Of a stretch of 20,000 nucleotides of DNA, positions 7,796 through 17,766 are shown one piece after another. The stretch is from an uncultured virus (IMG/VR IMGVR_UViG_3300044513_000589). Taxonomy: Duplodnaviria > Heunggongvirae > Uroviricota > Caudoviricetes. The DNA lies in IMG/VR virus record IMGVR_UViG_3300044513_000589; one strand, 5' to 3'. Under the pieces are notes generated by a model, which had not been told where the DNA came from, did not search any database, and saw nothing but the letters and a program-made list of their open reading frames with translations. A program made the position numbers and the translations under genes. The first letter of the stretch is position 1, and each line of letters opens with the position of its first letter.

Positions 7796-7967
7796 CGAGG
7801 AGCCTGCTTGCCACCTCTACCTACCATACAAAGTAGTTAATGGTATGTTGGAACCTTGGCCAGAATACACAGTGGACCAAGACGTGTTGCTTTATACCTC
7901 ATTCATTGCTACAATACTAGAACCCGACCCAGCGTTGGTGGAAAAGTACAAGGTTCTGACTGAATGA
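7731..7967 (+). CDS. Conserved hypothetical protein, paralog 3
   Basis: IVLLLLKTGEYVLSQVE...PY...PWPEY...IATILEPDPALVEKY. SD GGAGG upstream; ATGA overlap with gp43. Confidence 0.8.
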   Translation: MEIVLLLLKTGEYVLSQVETLDEEPACHLYLPYKVVNGMLEPWPEYTVDQDVLLYTSFIATILEPDPALVEKYKVLTE

Positions 7968-10465
7968 GTTTTTATACGAACGTACAACTGGTCGGTGATG
8001 ACCTTCTCTATCTTGGATATCAAGAGGGACCTGGCGGTCTGCTTGAGCGTATCCAAAGACGGATGAAGTTCTCTCCGACTTTGTTTGTTTGTACCGATAA
8101 GAAGACGAACTACAAGACTCTGGATGGCAGGTATGCTAAGCCTGTCAAGTTCGAGTCTGTCCGAGAGGCACGAGGATTCGTTGACAAGTATAAGGATGTA
8201 GATGGGTTTGATGTCCATGGATATGACCGTTACCTCTATCAATATATCTCCGAGGAATTTCCAGGAGAAGTGGACTACGATCTTAAAACTCTTAAGATTA
8301 CGTCTCTTGATATTGAAGTTGCGTGTGAAAATGGTTTCCCTAACGTGCGTGAGTGCGCTGAACCTCTTCTGTCGATCACAGTCCAGGATTACACTAGCAA
8401 ACTCATTAAAGTATGGGGAACTAAGCCCTACCATACGGATCGCAAAGATGTGGAGTATATCCTTTGCGACGGTGAAGAACATCTTCTCCGTTCTTTCCTG
8501 GCTTATTGGCAGACTTCATTCCCAGATGTTCTTACAGGGTGGAATGTCGAGCTGTATGATGTGCCTTATATTTGTGGACGTTTGGAACGTCTGTTTGGGG
8601 AAAAGGAGATGAAGCAGATCTCCCCTTGGGGTATTGTCCACAGGGAGGAGATGGAGATCAAAGGTCGCCAGCAGATCTTGTACAACATGTACGGCATTAA
8701 CGTGCTGGACTATCTTGATCTGTATAAGAAGTTCACTTATACAAACCAAGAATCTTATCGCCTTGACCACATTGCCTTTGTGGAACTCGGGCAGAACAAG
8801 TTGGATCACAGTGAGTTCGAGAACTTCAAGGAGTTCTACACTCGTGACTGGCAGAAGTTCATCGACTACAACATCAAGGACGTGGAGCTTGTTCTACGCC
8901 TTGAGGAAAAGATGAAGTTGGTTGAGCTTGCCATCGCCTTGGCTTATGACGCCAAGGTGAACATGAAAGATGTGTACTATCAGGTACGCATGTGGGATAC
9001 TCTTATCTACAATTATTTGAGGGACAAGAACCTCGTAGTTCCCCCTGCGAAACGTAGTTCAAAGAATGAGAAGTATGCTGGTGCGTATGTTAAAGAGCCT
9101 GTTCCTGGGAGATACGAGTGGGTCGTCTCATTTGACCTCAACTCGCTATATCCTCACCTCATCATGCAATACAACATCTCGCCAGAGACGTTGGTTGCTC
9201 AAAAGCATCCATACGCAACCGTAGATAAGTTGCTCAACCAAGCAGTTGAGCCTGACCCTAGGTATGCTTTGTGTGCTAATGGATCACAGTACCGTAAGGA
9301 CATTCATGGTTTTCTTCCCCAGATGATGAAGAAGATCTACGATGAACGTGTTCAAAGCAAGAAGTTAATGCTTGCTGCCAAGCAGGAGTATGAGAAGAAT
9401 CCTTCTAAGGAAATCGAGAAGGCAATCAGTAAGTACAACAACATCCAGATGGCTCGTAAGATCCAACTGAACAGTGCTTATGGTGCCATCGGTAACCAAT
9501 ACTTCCGCTACTATAACCTCGCTAACGCCGAGGCAATCACCTTGTCTGGTCAGGTGTCGATCCGCTGGATCGAAAACAAAATGAACCAGTACCTAAACAA
9601 CTTACTTAAAACGGAGAACCAGGACTATGTTATTGCCAGTGATACTGACAGCATCTATCTCTGTCTTGATGTACTCGTTAATCGCGTATTTGATGTACCG
9701 AATGTTCCTAAATCGCGCATCGTCAACTTTCTCGATGCTGCCTGTAAGGATCAAATCGAACCCTTCATCACAAGATCATACGAAGAACTAGCCACATACG
9801 CTAACGCTTATGATCAGAAGATGTTCATGAAGCGTGAGAACATTGCTGACCGTGGTATCTGGACTGCTAAGAAGCGATACATCCTCAACGTCTGGGACAG
9901 CGAGGGTGTACGCTATGCTGAACCCAAGCTTAAAATGATGGGTATCGAAGCAGTCAAGTCTTCTACACCTGCTCCCTGCCGCAAAGCAATTAAGGAAGCC
10001 CTGACAATCATGATGTCAGGAAGTGAGGATGATCTGATATCTTACATAGATAGATTCAGGGATGAATTCGACTCGTTACCGCCCGAAGATATTGCGTTTC
10101 CGAGGTCGGTCAATGGAATATCCAAGTTCAAGGCGCAAGGTACCGTCTATTCAAAGGGCTGCCCTCTACATGTTCGTGGAGCGTTGCTTTATAATTTTCA
10201 TGTCGGTCAGAAAGATCTAGAAAACAAGTACCCACTCATCCAAGAGGGTGAGAAAATTAAATATCTCTATCTCAGGAAGCATAACAAGATTGGCGAAAAT
10301 GTTATCTCCTTCCTTAATACATTCCCAAGAGAACTGGGTCTAGAGAACGCCATTGATCGCACCACTCAGTTCCAAAAAGCCTTTCTCGATCCTTTACAGA
10401 TCATCACCGACGTGATAGGATGGGAGACTGAGAAAGTATCCAACCTAGAATTTTTATTCGCATGA
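7964..10465 (+). CDS. gp43: Family B DNA polymerase (T4 gp43-like)
   Basis: Exonuclease motifs DIE, GWN...YD and YN..D; polymerase motifs DLNSLYPH, K...NSAYG and SDTDS. Uninterrupted 833 aa. Confidence 0.99.
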   Translation: MSFYTNVQLVGDDLLYLGYQEGPGGLLERIQRRMKFSPTLFVCTDKKTNYKTLDGRYAKPVKFESVREARGFVDKYKDVDGFDVHGYDRYLYQYISEEFPGEVDYDLKTLKITSLDIEVACENGFPNVRECAEPLLSITVQDYTSKLIKVWGTKPYHTDRKDVEYILCDGEEHLLRSFLAYWQTSFPDVLTGWNVELYDVPYICGRLERLFGEKEMKQISPWGIVHREEMEIKGRQQILYNMYGINVLDYLDLYKKFTYTNQESYRLDHIAFVELGQNKLDHSEFENFKEFYTRDWQKFIDYNIKDVELVLRLEEKMKLVELAIALAYDAKVNMKDVYYQVRMWDTLIYNYLRDKNLVVPPAKRSSKNEKYAGAYVKEPVPGRYEWVVSFDLNSLYPHLIMQYNISPETLVAQKHPYATVDKLLNQAVEPDPRYALCANGSQYRKDIHGFLPQMMKKIYDERVQSKKLMLAAKQEYEKNPSKEIEKAISKYNNIQMARKIQLNSAYGAIGNQYFRYYNLANAEAITLSGQVSIRWIENKMNQYLNNLLKTENQDYVIASDTDSIYLCLDVLVNRVFDVPNVPKSRIVNFLDAACKDQIEPFITRSYEELATYANAYDQKMFMKRENIADRGIWTAKKRYILNVWDSEGVRYAEPKLKMMGIEAVKSSTPAPCRKAIKEALTIMMSGSEDDLISYIDRFRDEFDSLPPEDIAFPRSVNGISKFKAQGTVYSKGCPLHVRGALLYNFHVGQKDLENKYPLIQEGEKIKYLYLRKHNKIGENVISFLNTFPRELGLENAIDRTTQFQKAFLDPLQIITDVIGWETEKVSNLEFLFA

Positions 10466-11478
10466 GTTTTCTACATGATGTTGTCAAGGAAATTGACAAT
10501 GATTACGCAGGTCTCCTATCCGAAGGATCTGTGGGTGATATCGGAGGGTATATTGACTCTGGCTCTCATATCTTCAACGCCCTTGTTAGCGGCAGTATTT
10601 TTGGTGGCATTCCCTCAAACAAAATTACCGCAATCGCAGGAGAATCTTCGACAGGTAAGACATTCTTCTGCCTGGGTATGGTATCAAGCTTCCTCTCTTC
10701 AAACCCTGACGCAGGTGTTGTCTACTTTGAAAGCGAATCGGCAATCTCAAAGACCATGATTGAAGAGAGAGGTATCGATTCCTCTCGTATGATCCTGGTT
10801 CCTGTGACTACGGTACAAGAGTTCCGCACACAAGCCATCAGGATCCTTGATAAGTATATGGAACAAAAGGAAGACGATCGCAAGCCCCTGATGTTTGTGC
10901 TTGACTCCCTGGGTATGCTGTCTACTACTAAGGAGATTGAAGACTCTGAGGCAGGTAAGGAGACTCGTGACATGACACGAGCACAGGTTACTAAGTCCAT
11001 CTTCCGTATCCTCACCCTTAAGTTGGGTAAGGCGAATGTTCCTATGATCGTGACCAACCACACCTATGATGTGGTGGGTGCCTATGTGCCAACCAAAGAA
11101 ATGGGCGGTGGTAGTGGACTGAAGTACGCAGCATCGACTATCATATATTTGTCCAAGTCGAAGGAACGCGATGGCAAAGAGGTGGTGGGTAACATCATCA
11201 AAGCAACAGCAGCAAAGTCTCGTCTTACTAGAGAAAATGCTAGAGTAGAAACGAGATTGTTCTATGATTCACGGGGACTTGACAAGTATTACGGCTTACT
11301 GGAACTGGGTGAGAAGTACGGAGTATTCCAGCGCAAGGGCAATCGCATCCTTGTTGGGGAATCTTCCGTTTATCCTTCTGTTATTCTTGGTGATCCAGAG
11401 AAGTATTTCACGCCCGAAGTAATGGAACAGCTTGATTGGGCTGCTGGTCAAGAATTTAAGTATGGTTCTGAAAAATGA
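10462..11478 (+). CDS. uvsX: RecA-like recombinase UvsX
   Basis: Walker [26 protein letters not shown] and [12 protein letters not shown]. Confidence 0.97.
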   Translation: MSFLHDVVKEIDNDYAGLLSEGSVGDIGGYIDSGSHIFNALVSGSIFGGIPSNKITAIAGESSTGKTFFCLGMVSSFLSSNPDAGVVYFESESAISKTMIEERGIDSSRMILVPVTTVQEFRTQAIRILDKYMEQKEDDRKPLMFVLDSLGMLSTTKEIEDSEAGKETRDMTRAQVTKSIFRILTLKLGKANVPMIVTNHTYDVVGAYVPTKEMGGGSGLKYAASTIIYLSKSKERDGKEVVGNIIKATAAKSRLTRENARVETRLFYDSRGLDKYYGLLELGEKYGVFQRKGNRILVGESSVYPSVILGDPEKYFTPEVMEQLDWAAGQEFKYGSEK

Positions 11479-12095
11479 AAGTAGATTTGTTTCCCACTAG
11501 CGTCTATCGCTACCATGTAGAAGAACCTGAAGCACTTAAGCAACGGGTAATCGAATTCTACAATGAGAATAAATTCAAAGATGAGAATCTAACTCCTCAA
11601 GATTGGAATTGCCAACTCTTTACCACCTTTGGTAGTGGATACTTTCCTATCTCTGAGGCAATCGAAGCCTTCTCTCCCCACTTTGATGAGTTCCAAGAAG
11701 AGACGAAGAATTATGGTAATGTAATTCTCACTGACCTTTGGCTCAACTGCTATGAATCTACAAACTGGCAGGAAAAACACACCCATTCCCCTGGTCAATG
11801 GTCTGCTGTATACTATGCGGTGTTTGATCCTAACGAACACCGTGGCACAAAGTTCTTAGATCCCAATGAGCATGTCCGTGCTGCTAATGGTTTCAAAGAA
11901 AACGCAGCGGAACCATGGGTACAGGAAGGTGACTTGATTATCTTCCCCTCTTATCTTGAGCATTCTGCTCCTTTGAACAAGTCTAGTAAGCTTCGTTCTA
12001 CTATTTCATTTAACTTCTTTGTGGAGCAAGAGATCTATGAAGGTGGAGACACTGATTTTGAAAAACTTGTTGTTGGACCAGGAGTATCTACGTAA
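11475..12095 (+). CDS. 2OG-Fe(II) oxygenase-like protein, TIGR02466-like (HxH type)
   Basis: [33 protein letters not shown] and RSTISFN. Confidence 0.88.
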   Translation: MKVDLFPTSVYRYHVEEPEALKQRVIEFYNENKFKDENLTPQDWNCQLFTTFGSGYFPISEAIEAFSPHFDEFQEETKNYGNVILTDLWLNCYESTNWQEKHTHSPGQWSAVYYAVFDPNEHRGTKFLDPNEHVRAANGFKENAAEPWVQEGDLIIFPSYLEHSAPLNKSSKLRSTISFNFFVEQEIYEGGDTDFEKLVVGPGVST

Positions 12096-13401
12096 GACTC
12101 TTCCCTTCATCAAGCCTGAATACTTCTCGGAGAGCACTGAGAGAGTGCTCTTCGGAGTAATCGACAATTTCTACAAAAACTACACTGAAATCCCCGCAAA
12201 AGAAGCATTGACTATTGAGGTCCAGAACCTCAGGAACCTTACTGATGATCAGTTCAAGGGTATCAATGCTCTAATCGATTCTCTTGACGATGAGAAGTCT
12301 GATCATAAGTGGATTATCGATACTACTGAGAAGTGGTGTAAAGAACGTGCTATATACTTAGCACTAATGGAGTCTATCAAGATCGCTGATGGCAGCGATG
12401 AGAAGAAGACTCCTGATGCTATCCCACACATTCTCAGCGAGGCTCTTAGCGTCTCGTTTGACAACCACATTGGACACGATTACATAGACGATTATGAGGA
12501 AAGGTACGATTCTTACCACAAAGTTGAATCTAAGATCCCCTTTGATATTGAACTCTTCAACAAAATTACGAAAGGTGGTCTCCCTAACAAGACTCTCAAT
12601 GTCGCTCTTGCTGGTACGGGCGTCGGGAAATCTCTATTCATGTGCCACATGGCTAGCGCCTGTCTCATGCAGGGAAGGAACGTTCTCTACATCACTCTTG
12701 AAATGGCAGAGGAGAAAATTGCTGAGCGAATTGACGCAAACCTCCTCAACGTAAATATTCAGGACCTTACAACTCTTCCGAAGATGATGTATGAGAATAA
12801 GGTCATAAATATTGCTAAGAAGACCCAAGGCAAACTGATCGTTAAAGAGTACCCTACTGCCTCTGCTCATGCTGGACACTTCCGTGCTCTCCTCAGCGAT
12901 CTCAATCTCAAAAAGTCTTTTAAGCCTGATATCATATTTGTGGATTATCTCAATATTTGTACCTCTTCGCGTTACAAAGGGGCTGCCAATATTAATTCCT
13001 ATACACTTGTTAAGTCTATTGCTGAGGAGCTTAGAGGTTTGGCTGTCGAAGCCGAGGTCCCTATCGTATCTGCCACCCAGACCACTCGTTCTGGTTATGG
13101 TAGCAGCGATGTTGAGCTTACTGACACTTCTGAATCCTTTGGTCTCCCTGCTACTGCTGATCTTATGTTTGCCCTTATTTCTACAGAAGAGCTCGAACAG
13201 GTTGGACAGATTATGGTGAAGCAGTTGAAGAACCGATACAATGATCTTACGGTTAATAAGAGATTTGTCGTTGGTATTGACAGGGCAAAAATGAGACTGT
13301 ATGATTGTGAACAGTCGGCACAGCAAAACATTCTTGATTCAGGTCAAGAGGTTGTGTCTTTCTCCGATATGAAATCCAAGTTTGGGGAATTTCAATTTTG
13401 A
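12037..13401 (+). CDS. gp41: Replicative DNA helicase (T4 gp41-like, DnaB family)
   Basis: AGTGVGKS, ITLEMAEE, KEYPT, FVDYLNI, SATQTTR, SESFGLP and KQLKNRY. Start placed at ATG 12037, with GGAG at 12023-12026. Confidence 0.97.
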   Translation: MKVETLILKNLLLDQEYLRKTLPFIKPEYFSESTERVLFGVIDNFYKNYTEIPAKEALTIEVQNLRNLTDDQFKGINALIDSLDDEKSDHKWIIDTTEKWCKERAIYLALMESIKIADGSDEKKTPDAIPHILSEALSVSFDNHIGHDYIDDYEERYDSYHKVESKIPFDIELFNKITKGGLPNKTLNVALAGTGVGKSLFMCHMASACLMQGRNVLYITLEMAEEKIAERIDANLLNVNIQDLTTLPKMMYENKVINIAKKTQGKLIVKEYPTASAHAGHFRALLSDLNLKKSFKPDIIFVDYLNICTSSRYKGAANINSYTLVKSIAEELRGLAVEAEVPIVSATQTTRSGYGSSDVELTDTSESFGLPATADLMFALISTEELEQVGQIMVKQLKNRYNDLTVNKRFVVGIDRAKMRLYDCEQSAQQNILDSGQEVVSFSDMKSKFGEFQF

Positions 13402-13577
13402 ACAAACACGAAAAGCGTCGCGATGCTCTCGGATTATTCTATGAGTCTGTGCTAAAGCCAGACTCTGAACTCCGACAGTGTGCTCATAACCAAGAGTGCT
13501 TCCATGAACTCATGGAATGGAGGCAAGAAGTGTTAGAGTACCTCGACCATCGTCGAAACCAAGAATTCCACTATTGA
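13398..13577 (+). CDS. Small hypothetical protein (59 aa; absent from the ORF track)
   Basis: The TTG start overlaps the gp41 stop (TTGA). Reads MNKHEKRRDALGLFYESVLKPDSELRQCAHNQECFHELMEWRQEVLEYLDHRRNQEFHY and fills the gap up to the next promoter. Confidence 0.75.
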   Translation: MNKHEKRRDALGLFYESVLKPDSELRQCAHNQECFHELMEWRQEVLEYLDHRRNQEFHY

Positions 13578-13603
13578 CAATCGCCTAGCATCCATCTTAT
13601 AAT
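13574..13603 (+). promoter_or_regulatory. Sigma70-like promoter for mazG
   Basis: TTGACA (13574-13579), 18 nt, TATAAT (13598-13603); 22 nt before the mazG ATG. Confidence 0.85.
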
Positions 13604-13625
13604 TTCTTGATACCAGCAAAATATT

Positions 13626-14030
13626 ATGTCTATTGATTTTGACCGCTACGAACAGTTCGTTGACGCTGTAACGTCTGATGCTTCTAAGGATTTTGTCGAT
13701 CTTGCTGACCGTCTTGTTGAGCTTGATCGAGAAGGTGCCAATATTGAGCGTCTTCTTACTGCTGGCGTTGGCATTAATGCTGAAGGTGGTGAGTTTCTTG
13801 AGATCATTAAGAAGATGGTCTTCCAAGGTAAGCCTTGGAACGACGATAATCGAGAGCATCTCATTATTGAGTTGGGTGATCTTCTCTGGTACGTAGCACA
13901 GGCAACACAGGCACTTGGTGTGTCCTTTGATGAGGTCATTGAAGTCAACGTGAAGAAGCTAGAGAAGCGTTACCCTGGTGGTGAGTTTGATATTTACTAC
14001 AGCGAGAACCGCTCTGCTGATGATCGCTGA
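13626..14030 (+). CDS. mazG: MazG-like nucleotide pyrophosphohydrolase
   Basis: AEGGEFLEIIKK, ELGDLLWY and NVKKLEKRYP. Confidence 0.95.
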   Translation: MSIDFDRYEQFVDAVTSDASKDFVDLADRLVELDREGANIERLLTAGVGINAEGGEFLEIIKKMVFQGKPWNDDNREHLIIELGDLLWYVAQATQALGVSFDEVIEVNVKKLEKRYPGGEFDIYYSENRSADDR

Positions 14031-14227
14031 TGCTTAGCTTCTGGATCCACTTGGTAGCATTCTTCCAAGTTGTAGTGATGAATTGTATTCAACCTGTCAA
14101 CTGGAAGTATTGCTATCGGGTGGACCAGTGGTTGATTCCAGATCTTGTAGAAGGATACGAGCTCTGGTCTGGTAAGAAGCATCCTTATCAGAATGAAAAA
14201 GAATACTTGTCTGAGCATGATCGTTAA
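14030..14227 (+). CDS. Small hypothetical protein with hydrophobic N-terminus
   Basis: TGATG coupling to mazG; MLSFWIHLVAFFQVVVMNCIQPVNWKYC. Confidence 0.72.
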   Translation: MLSFWIHLVAFFQVVVMNCIQPVNWKYCYRVDQWLIPDLVEGYELWSGKKHPYQNEKEYLSEHDR

Positions 14228-14813
14228 TTTATTTCCCACTTCTATCTACAAGGCAGAGATGCCTGAGTATATCAACTGGGTAGAGAAGAGGTGGACTGAA
14301 CATAGATTTAACACTGATGAAAGTTTGACTGGTGAGATGGAGGGTCAGGTGCTTGTTCACCATGACTCTTACCTCACCTCTTTTTTTGTTGAGCTTAATG
14401 AGCACCTCAAAGAGTACCTTGAGACTTTCTTGGTTGACTATGACATCCACTTCATGAAAACTTGGTACTCTGTTACTGATGAAAAAAGGTCTGTTCCCCA
14501 CCATAATCACGATCCTGCTCATATTTCATGGGTCTACTATGTCTCTGGGGAAGACCCTCTCTGCTTTGCCAAAGAAAACTTTAATGAGTGGTTTCCAGAA
14601 GCTTTCGCTGGCAAGGAAAAGAACTTTAATAATGGGACCGTCTACCAGATGAATGTGAAGCCAGGTGATCTCCTGATCTTCCCATCTAAATTGTTCCACC
14701 ACACTTACAATACGATGCCTAGGGTCAGTGTGGCTGGTGACGTACTGCTCACAAACAAGAACCTAAATACTGAAGGAGGATTACTACATCCGAAGTATTG
14801 GAAACAGTTCTAA
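14217..14813 (+). CDS. 2OG-Fe(II) oxygenase-like protein, TIGR02466-like (HxH type)
   Basis: LFPT, TWY, HNH, ISWVYY, PGDLLIFPSKLFH and RVSVAG. Start placed at ATG 14217 by analogy with 11475 (MxVxLFPT). Confidence 0.85.
   Translation: MIVNLFPTSIYKAEMPEYINWVEKRWTEHRFNTDESLTGEMEGQVLVHHDSYLTSFFVELNEHLKEYLETFLVDYDIHFMKTWYSVTDEKRSVPHHNHDPAHISWVYYVSGEDPLCFAKENFNEWFPEAFAGKEKNFNNGTVYQMNVKPGDLLIFPSKLFHHTYNTMPRVSVAGDVLLTNKNLNTEGGLLHPKYWKQF
14763..14769 (+). promoter_or_regulatory. Possible late promoter upstream of the 395-aa ORF
   Basis: CTAAATA, 44 nt before ATG 14814. Confidence 0.45.
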
Positions 14814-16001
14814 ATGGCAGGTCAAGGGCTCACTTGGGCACAGTTCAATAGAAGTGGTAGATACGAAAACAACCTGAGGGAGATCCACAAGAAGTCTGTT
14901 GCTGGATCCCCTCTGCTTTTAGTTGAGCCTGTAAGTGGACTGGAAGGTAGTGGTATTCACCTTACCTTTGATGAAATGATATTTACCGTGGGAAAGGTTG
15001 AATTTCAGTTCAATCCTTCCGACTATACTGAAGATGAGTTTGTACAGAAGGTCACTGCTCGTGTACCTGACAGTATGAAAAAAGTTTCCATTACCTTTAC
15101 TCATGGGCAGAAGAAAGTTGGTAGTGGAAAAGTATTAAAAGGACCAGAGTTTGGTGGCAAACCCCCTGCTGGGGCAACGTTGACCGCAAGGTGGGGATAC
15201 CTTGCCACGTTGACCGAGGTTTTGGATCCGAGTTACAAACTTGATACTCCTAGTTCACAGGAGATGGGTGAGTTGATGTTCATCAATGATATGAACACTG
15301 CGATTGCGGAATCCATTGACGCAGAACTGGCTAACCCCAACTCTAGAATGGATAAGAACTGCCCTGGCATCACAGTCAAGGTAGGTAGTCATGAGTTTGA
15401 TCATGTTGTTGGTGTAAATAAGGTTGCTGGTACACCCAAAGCTGACCTAGCACTGGTAGCATGTGTCAATAAAAAACTTAAGAACGTTGGATTCCTATCT
15501 CACAAGATGGGTAGTAAGGCAAAGGACTTCGGACAGTGGTCTGGTCTTACTGCTAAGGCAGGAAAAGTTATCTCTGACCATCCTGAGGTACTTAGATTCA
15601 TTGCTGATGTCAAGGCATGGACTGATGCCAATCCTGAGTGGGCAAAACCATCTGGTGTTGCTGTTCGTAGGGAGATTCAGGACAGAGATCTGATGATGTA
15701 TGCTGTCTATGGACCTGACTTTGGTAAGAAGTTTGGGACTGAGAACGTCCACGCTGTACTACAGGGTAATCCCAAATTAAATAAGCGTGGAGATGTATAT
15801 GTCATGACGGCTTCTCACGTCAATGATAATGGCGATGACTTGACTGGTGATTTTATCCCTGCTTTGGTGGCAATGAAGAAGGGTGCTTGGGAGAAGATTC
15901 AAGATCCCAATGCGAAAGGAGTAAGATCCGACTTTGGTATTCGTGGTATGAGAATATCCATCTACACCTACGGTGGTAGAAAGATTACAGATGAAATCTG
16001 A
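14814..16001 (+). CDS. Hypothetical protein with possible PD-(D/E)XK restriction-endonuclease-like domain
   Basis: Upstream helix Glu (MGEL), then TPKADLALV...GFLSHK, a PxxD...SxK arrangement. Confidence 0.55.
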   Translation: MAGQGLTWAQFNRSGRYENNLREIHKKSVAGSPLLLVEPVSGLEGSGIHLTFDEMIFTVGKVEFQFNPSDYTEDEFVQKVTARVPDSMKKVSITFTHGQKKVGSGKVLKGPEFGGKPPAGATLTARWGYLATLTEVLDPSYKLDTPSSQEMGELMFINDMNTAIAESIDAELANPNSRMDKNCPGITVKVGSHEFDHVVGVNKVAGTPKADLALVACVNKKLKNVGFLSHKMGSKAKDFGQWSGLTAKAGKVISDHPEVLRFIADVKAWTDANPEWAKPSGVAVRREIQDRDLMMYAVYGPDFGKKFGTENVHAVLQGNPKLNKRGDVYVMTASHVNDNGDDLTGDFIPALVAMKKGAWEKIQDPNAKGVRSDFGIRGMRISIYTYGGRKITDEI

Positions 16002-17194
16002 TGGCAAACGTAACGCAACTAAAACACCTAGAGCATATTGAAGATGAGATGCTGAACTATGGCGTCGAAGGATGTCATGCGGCAGTGTCTGCTATGAGGG
16101 AACTTCTCCGTATGCTTGGTAAGAAGCCATCTACGGGGTTCCTACAGACCAAATGGGACGGTGCTCCCTCTGTTGTTTGTGGCACAGATCCTGAGTCGGG
16201 GAACTTTTTTGTTGGCACTAAGTCTGTCTTTAATAAAACTGAGCCTAAACTGTGTTTTACTGAGGAATATATCGATGCTATGTACTCTGGTGACTTGGCA
16301 GAGAAACTGAAGTTCTCTCTCAAGTATTTCTCTCAGTTAGGTATTGATGGTGTGGTCCAGGGAGACCTCCTGTTTACCTCAGACAAGAAATATGAAAAGG
16401 TAGATGGAGAAGACCTCATCACTTTCAGACCTAATACTATTACCTATGGTATACCTAGGGATCATCCCATCGGTAAGGTCGTTGATAGAGCCAAGATAGG
16501 AGTAGTTTTCCACACTCACTATGTTGGTGATGATCTACCTAACATGGCTGCTCAAGCAGGCGCGAAGGTTAAGGGATCGATTGATGTTGCGGTCATCGGA
16601 AATGATACTCCCTACCATGACATTGCCGTAGACAGAAACATTCTTACGAAGTTCAAAAATAATGTTGATGTTATTGAAAGAATGTGCCAGATTTGTGGTC
16701 CTTTTCTTGACAATCTGGTTGATAATATCGGTACCACTGGTGATGCTAAATTCCACGTCGCATCTTACCTCAAACAGTTCTTTAACAATGAGATTAAGAA
16801 CGCTAGAAACGTGGGTGATCCTACCAGAACTCTCAAGGCTCTTGGTGAGTTCTACCATAGCAAGATGCTGAAGGAGATTGATAAGGTCAAGTCTGATAAA
16901 GGTAAGACCAAGAAGAGGGAACTTCTCTATACAGGTCTGGAATACCTAGAGAAGAATGCTAAAGAGTTTCGTGCCATGCTAGCCCTATATAAAAAACTAC
17001 AGGAGAACAAGCAACTGGTCATTGATCAGCTTGATCATCTGGAAACATTTAGAACTCTGGTCCAGACGGACAAAGGATATAAAGCCACGAACCCTGAAGG
17101 GTATGTGTTACATCACAATGGCGACATGATTAAGTTGGTGAACAGAATTGAGTTCTCTTACATCAACTTTACCCTGTCAAAAGAATGGAAGTAG
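16001..17194 (+). CDS. DUF6267-like protein with ligase/nucleotidyltransferase-like motifs
   Basis: HLEHIED, TKWDGAP (KxDG), FFVGTKSVFNK, QGDLLF, PEGYV and IKLVNR. Confidence 0.75.
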   Translation: MANVTQLKHLEHIEDEMLNYGVEGCHAAVSAMRELLRMLGKKPSTGFLQTKWDGAPSVVCGTDPESGNFFVGTKSVFNKTEPKLCFTEEYIDAMYSGDLAEKLKFSLKYFSQLGIDGVVQGDLLFTSDKKYEKVDGEDLITFRPNTITYGIPRDHPIGKVVDRAKIGVVFHTHYVGDDLPNMAAQAGAKVKGSIDVAVIGNDTPYHDIAVDRNILTKFKNNVDVIERMCQICGPFLDNLVDNIGTTGDAKFHVASYLKQFFNNEIKNARNVGDPTRTLKALGEFYHSKMLKEIDKVKSDKGKTKKRELLYTGLEYLEKNAKEFRAMLALYKKLQENKQLVIDQLDHLETFRTLVQTDKGYKATNPEGYVLHHNGDMIKLVNRIEFSYINFTLSKEWK

Positions 17195-17736
17195 TAGATT
17201 ACAAGTGCGTGTACTTTACGTTTGGTAGGTTCCAACCTCCAACAATAGGACACGAGGAAAATTTCAAAGCAGTCAAAGGTAAGGCAGGTACCTGTGACTG
17301 GTATATCTACTTGTCTCAGACTGTTGATAAGAAAGGTAGCAACCCCTTGACACCAGATAGGAAACTCTTCTATGCTAAGAAGATGTTCCCCCAGTTGAGG
17401 AACAATATCAGGAGTGGTCCTAAGGATCCAGTGGCTATCTTACAAGAGTTACAAGCAGAAGGTTATGATGATGCCGTCTTAGTTGTCGGCTCTGACAGAG
17501 TACCCGCAATGCAATGGATTAAAAAGTACAATGGCAAGGACTTTTATTTTAGAAAACTCGAAGTTATCTCTTCAGGCGAACGCGATGCTGACGGTGACAC
17601 TTTTGCTATTTCTGGCACAAAAATGCGACGCGCAGCGGTAGCAGGAGACTTCAAAACATTCCGTCAAGGCATACCTAAAGCCTTATCTGATAAGGATGCT
17701 AGGGAACTTATGGAAGAGATCCGAAAAAATATGTGA
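17185..17736 (+). CDS. Cytidylyltransferase-like (HIGH superfamily) nucleotidyltransferase
   Basis: FTFGRFQPPTIGH, NPL, VVGSDR and ISGTKMR. Confidence 0.9.
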   Translation: MEVVDYKCVYFTFGRFQPPTIGHEENFKAVKGKAGTCDWYIYLSQTVDKKGSNPLTPDRKLFYAKKMFPQLRNNIRSGPKDPVAILQELQAEGYDDAVLVVGSDRVPAMQWIKKYNGKDFYFRKLEVISSGERDADGDTFAISGTKMRRAAVAGDFKTFRQGIPKALSDKDARELMEEIRKNM

Positions 17737-17744
17737 CATAAATA
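17737..17744 (+). promoter_or_regulatory. Late promoter (NATAAATA)
   Basis: CATAAATA immediately after the stop at 17736, 22 nt before ATG 17767. Confidence 0.75.
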
Positions 17745-17766
17745 ACAATACAACTATCTAGATGAG

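Noticed and set aside
7892..8915. Alternative-frame and antisense ORFs inside gp43
   Set aside because: They are nested in a conserved polymerase and have no motifs or expression signals.
12804..12811. CATAAATA inside gp41 (also GATAAATA at 17827-17834)
   Set aside because: Mid-gene with no nearby downstream start; a short AT-rich motif expected by chance.
12634..13326. 230-aa minus-strand ORF
   Set aside because: It lies antisense to the well-supported gp41 and has no recognisable motifs; a codon-bias shadow.
7964..13401. Inteins, introns or homing endonucleases in gp43, uvsX or gp41
   Set aside because: All three are continuous and of ordinary length, with no splice-junction or LAGLIDADG/HNH/GIY-YIG motifs seen.
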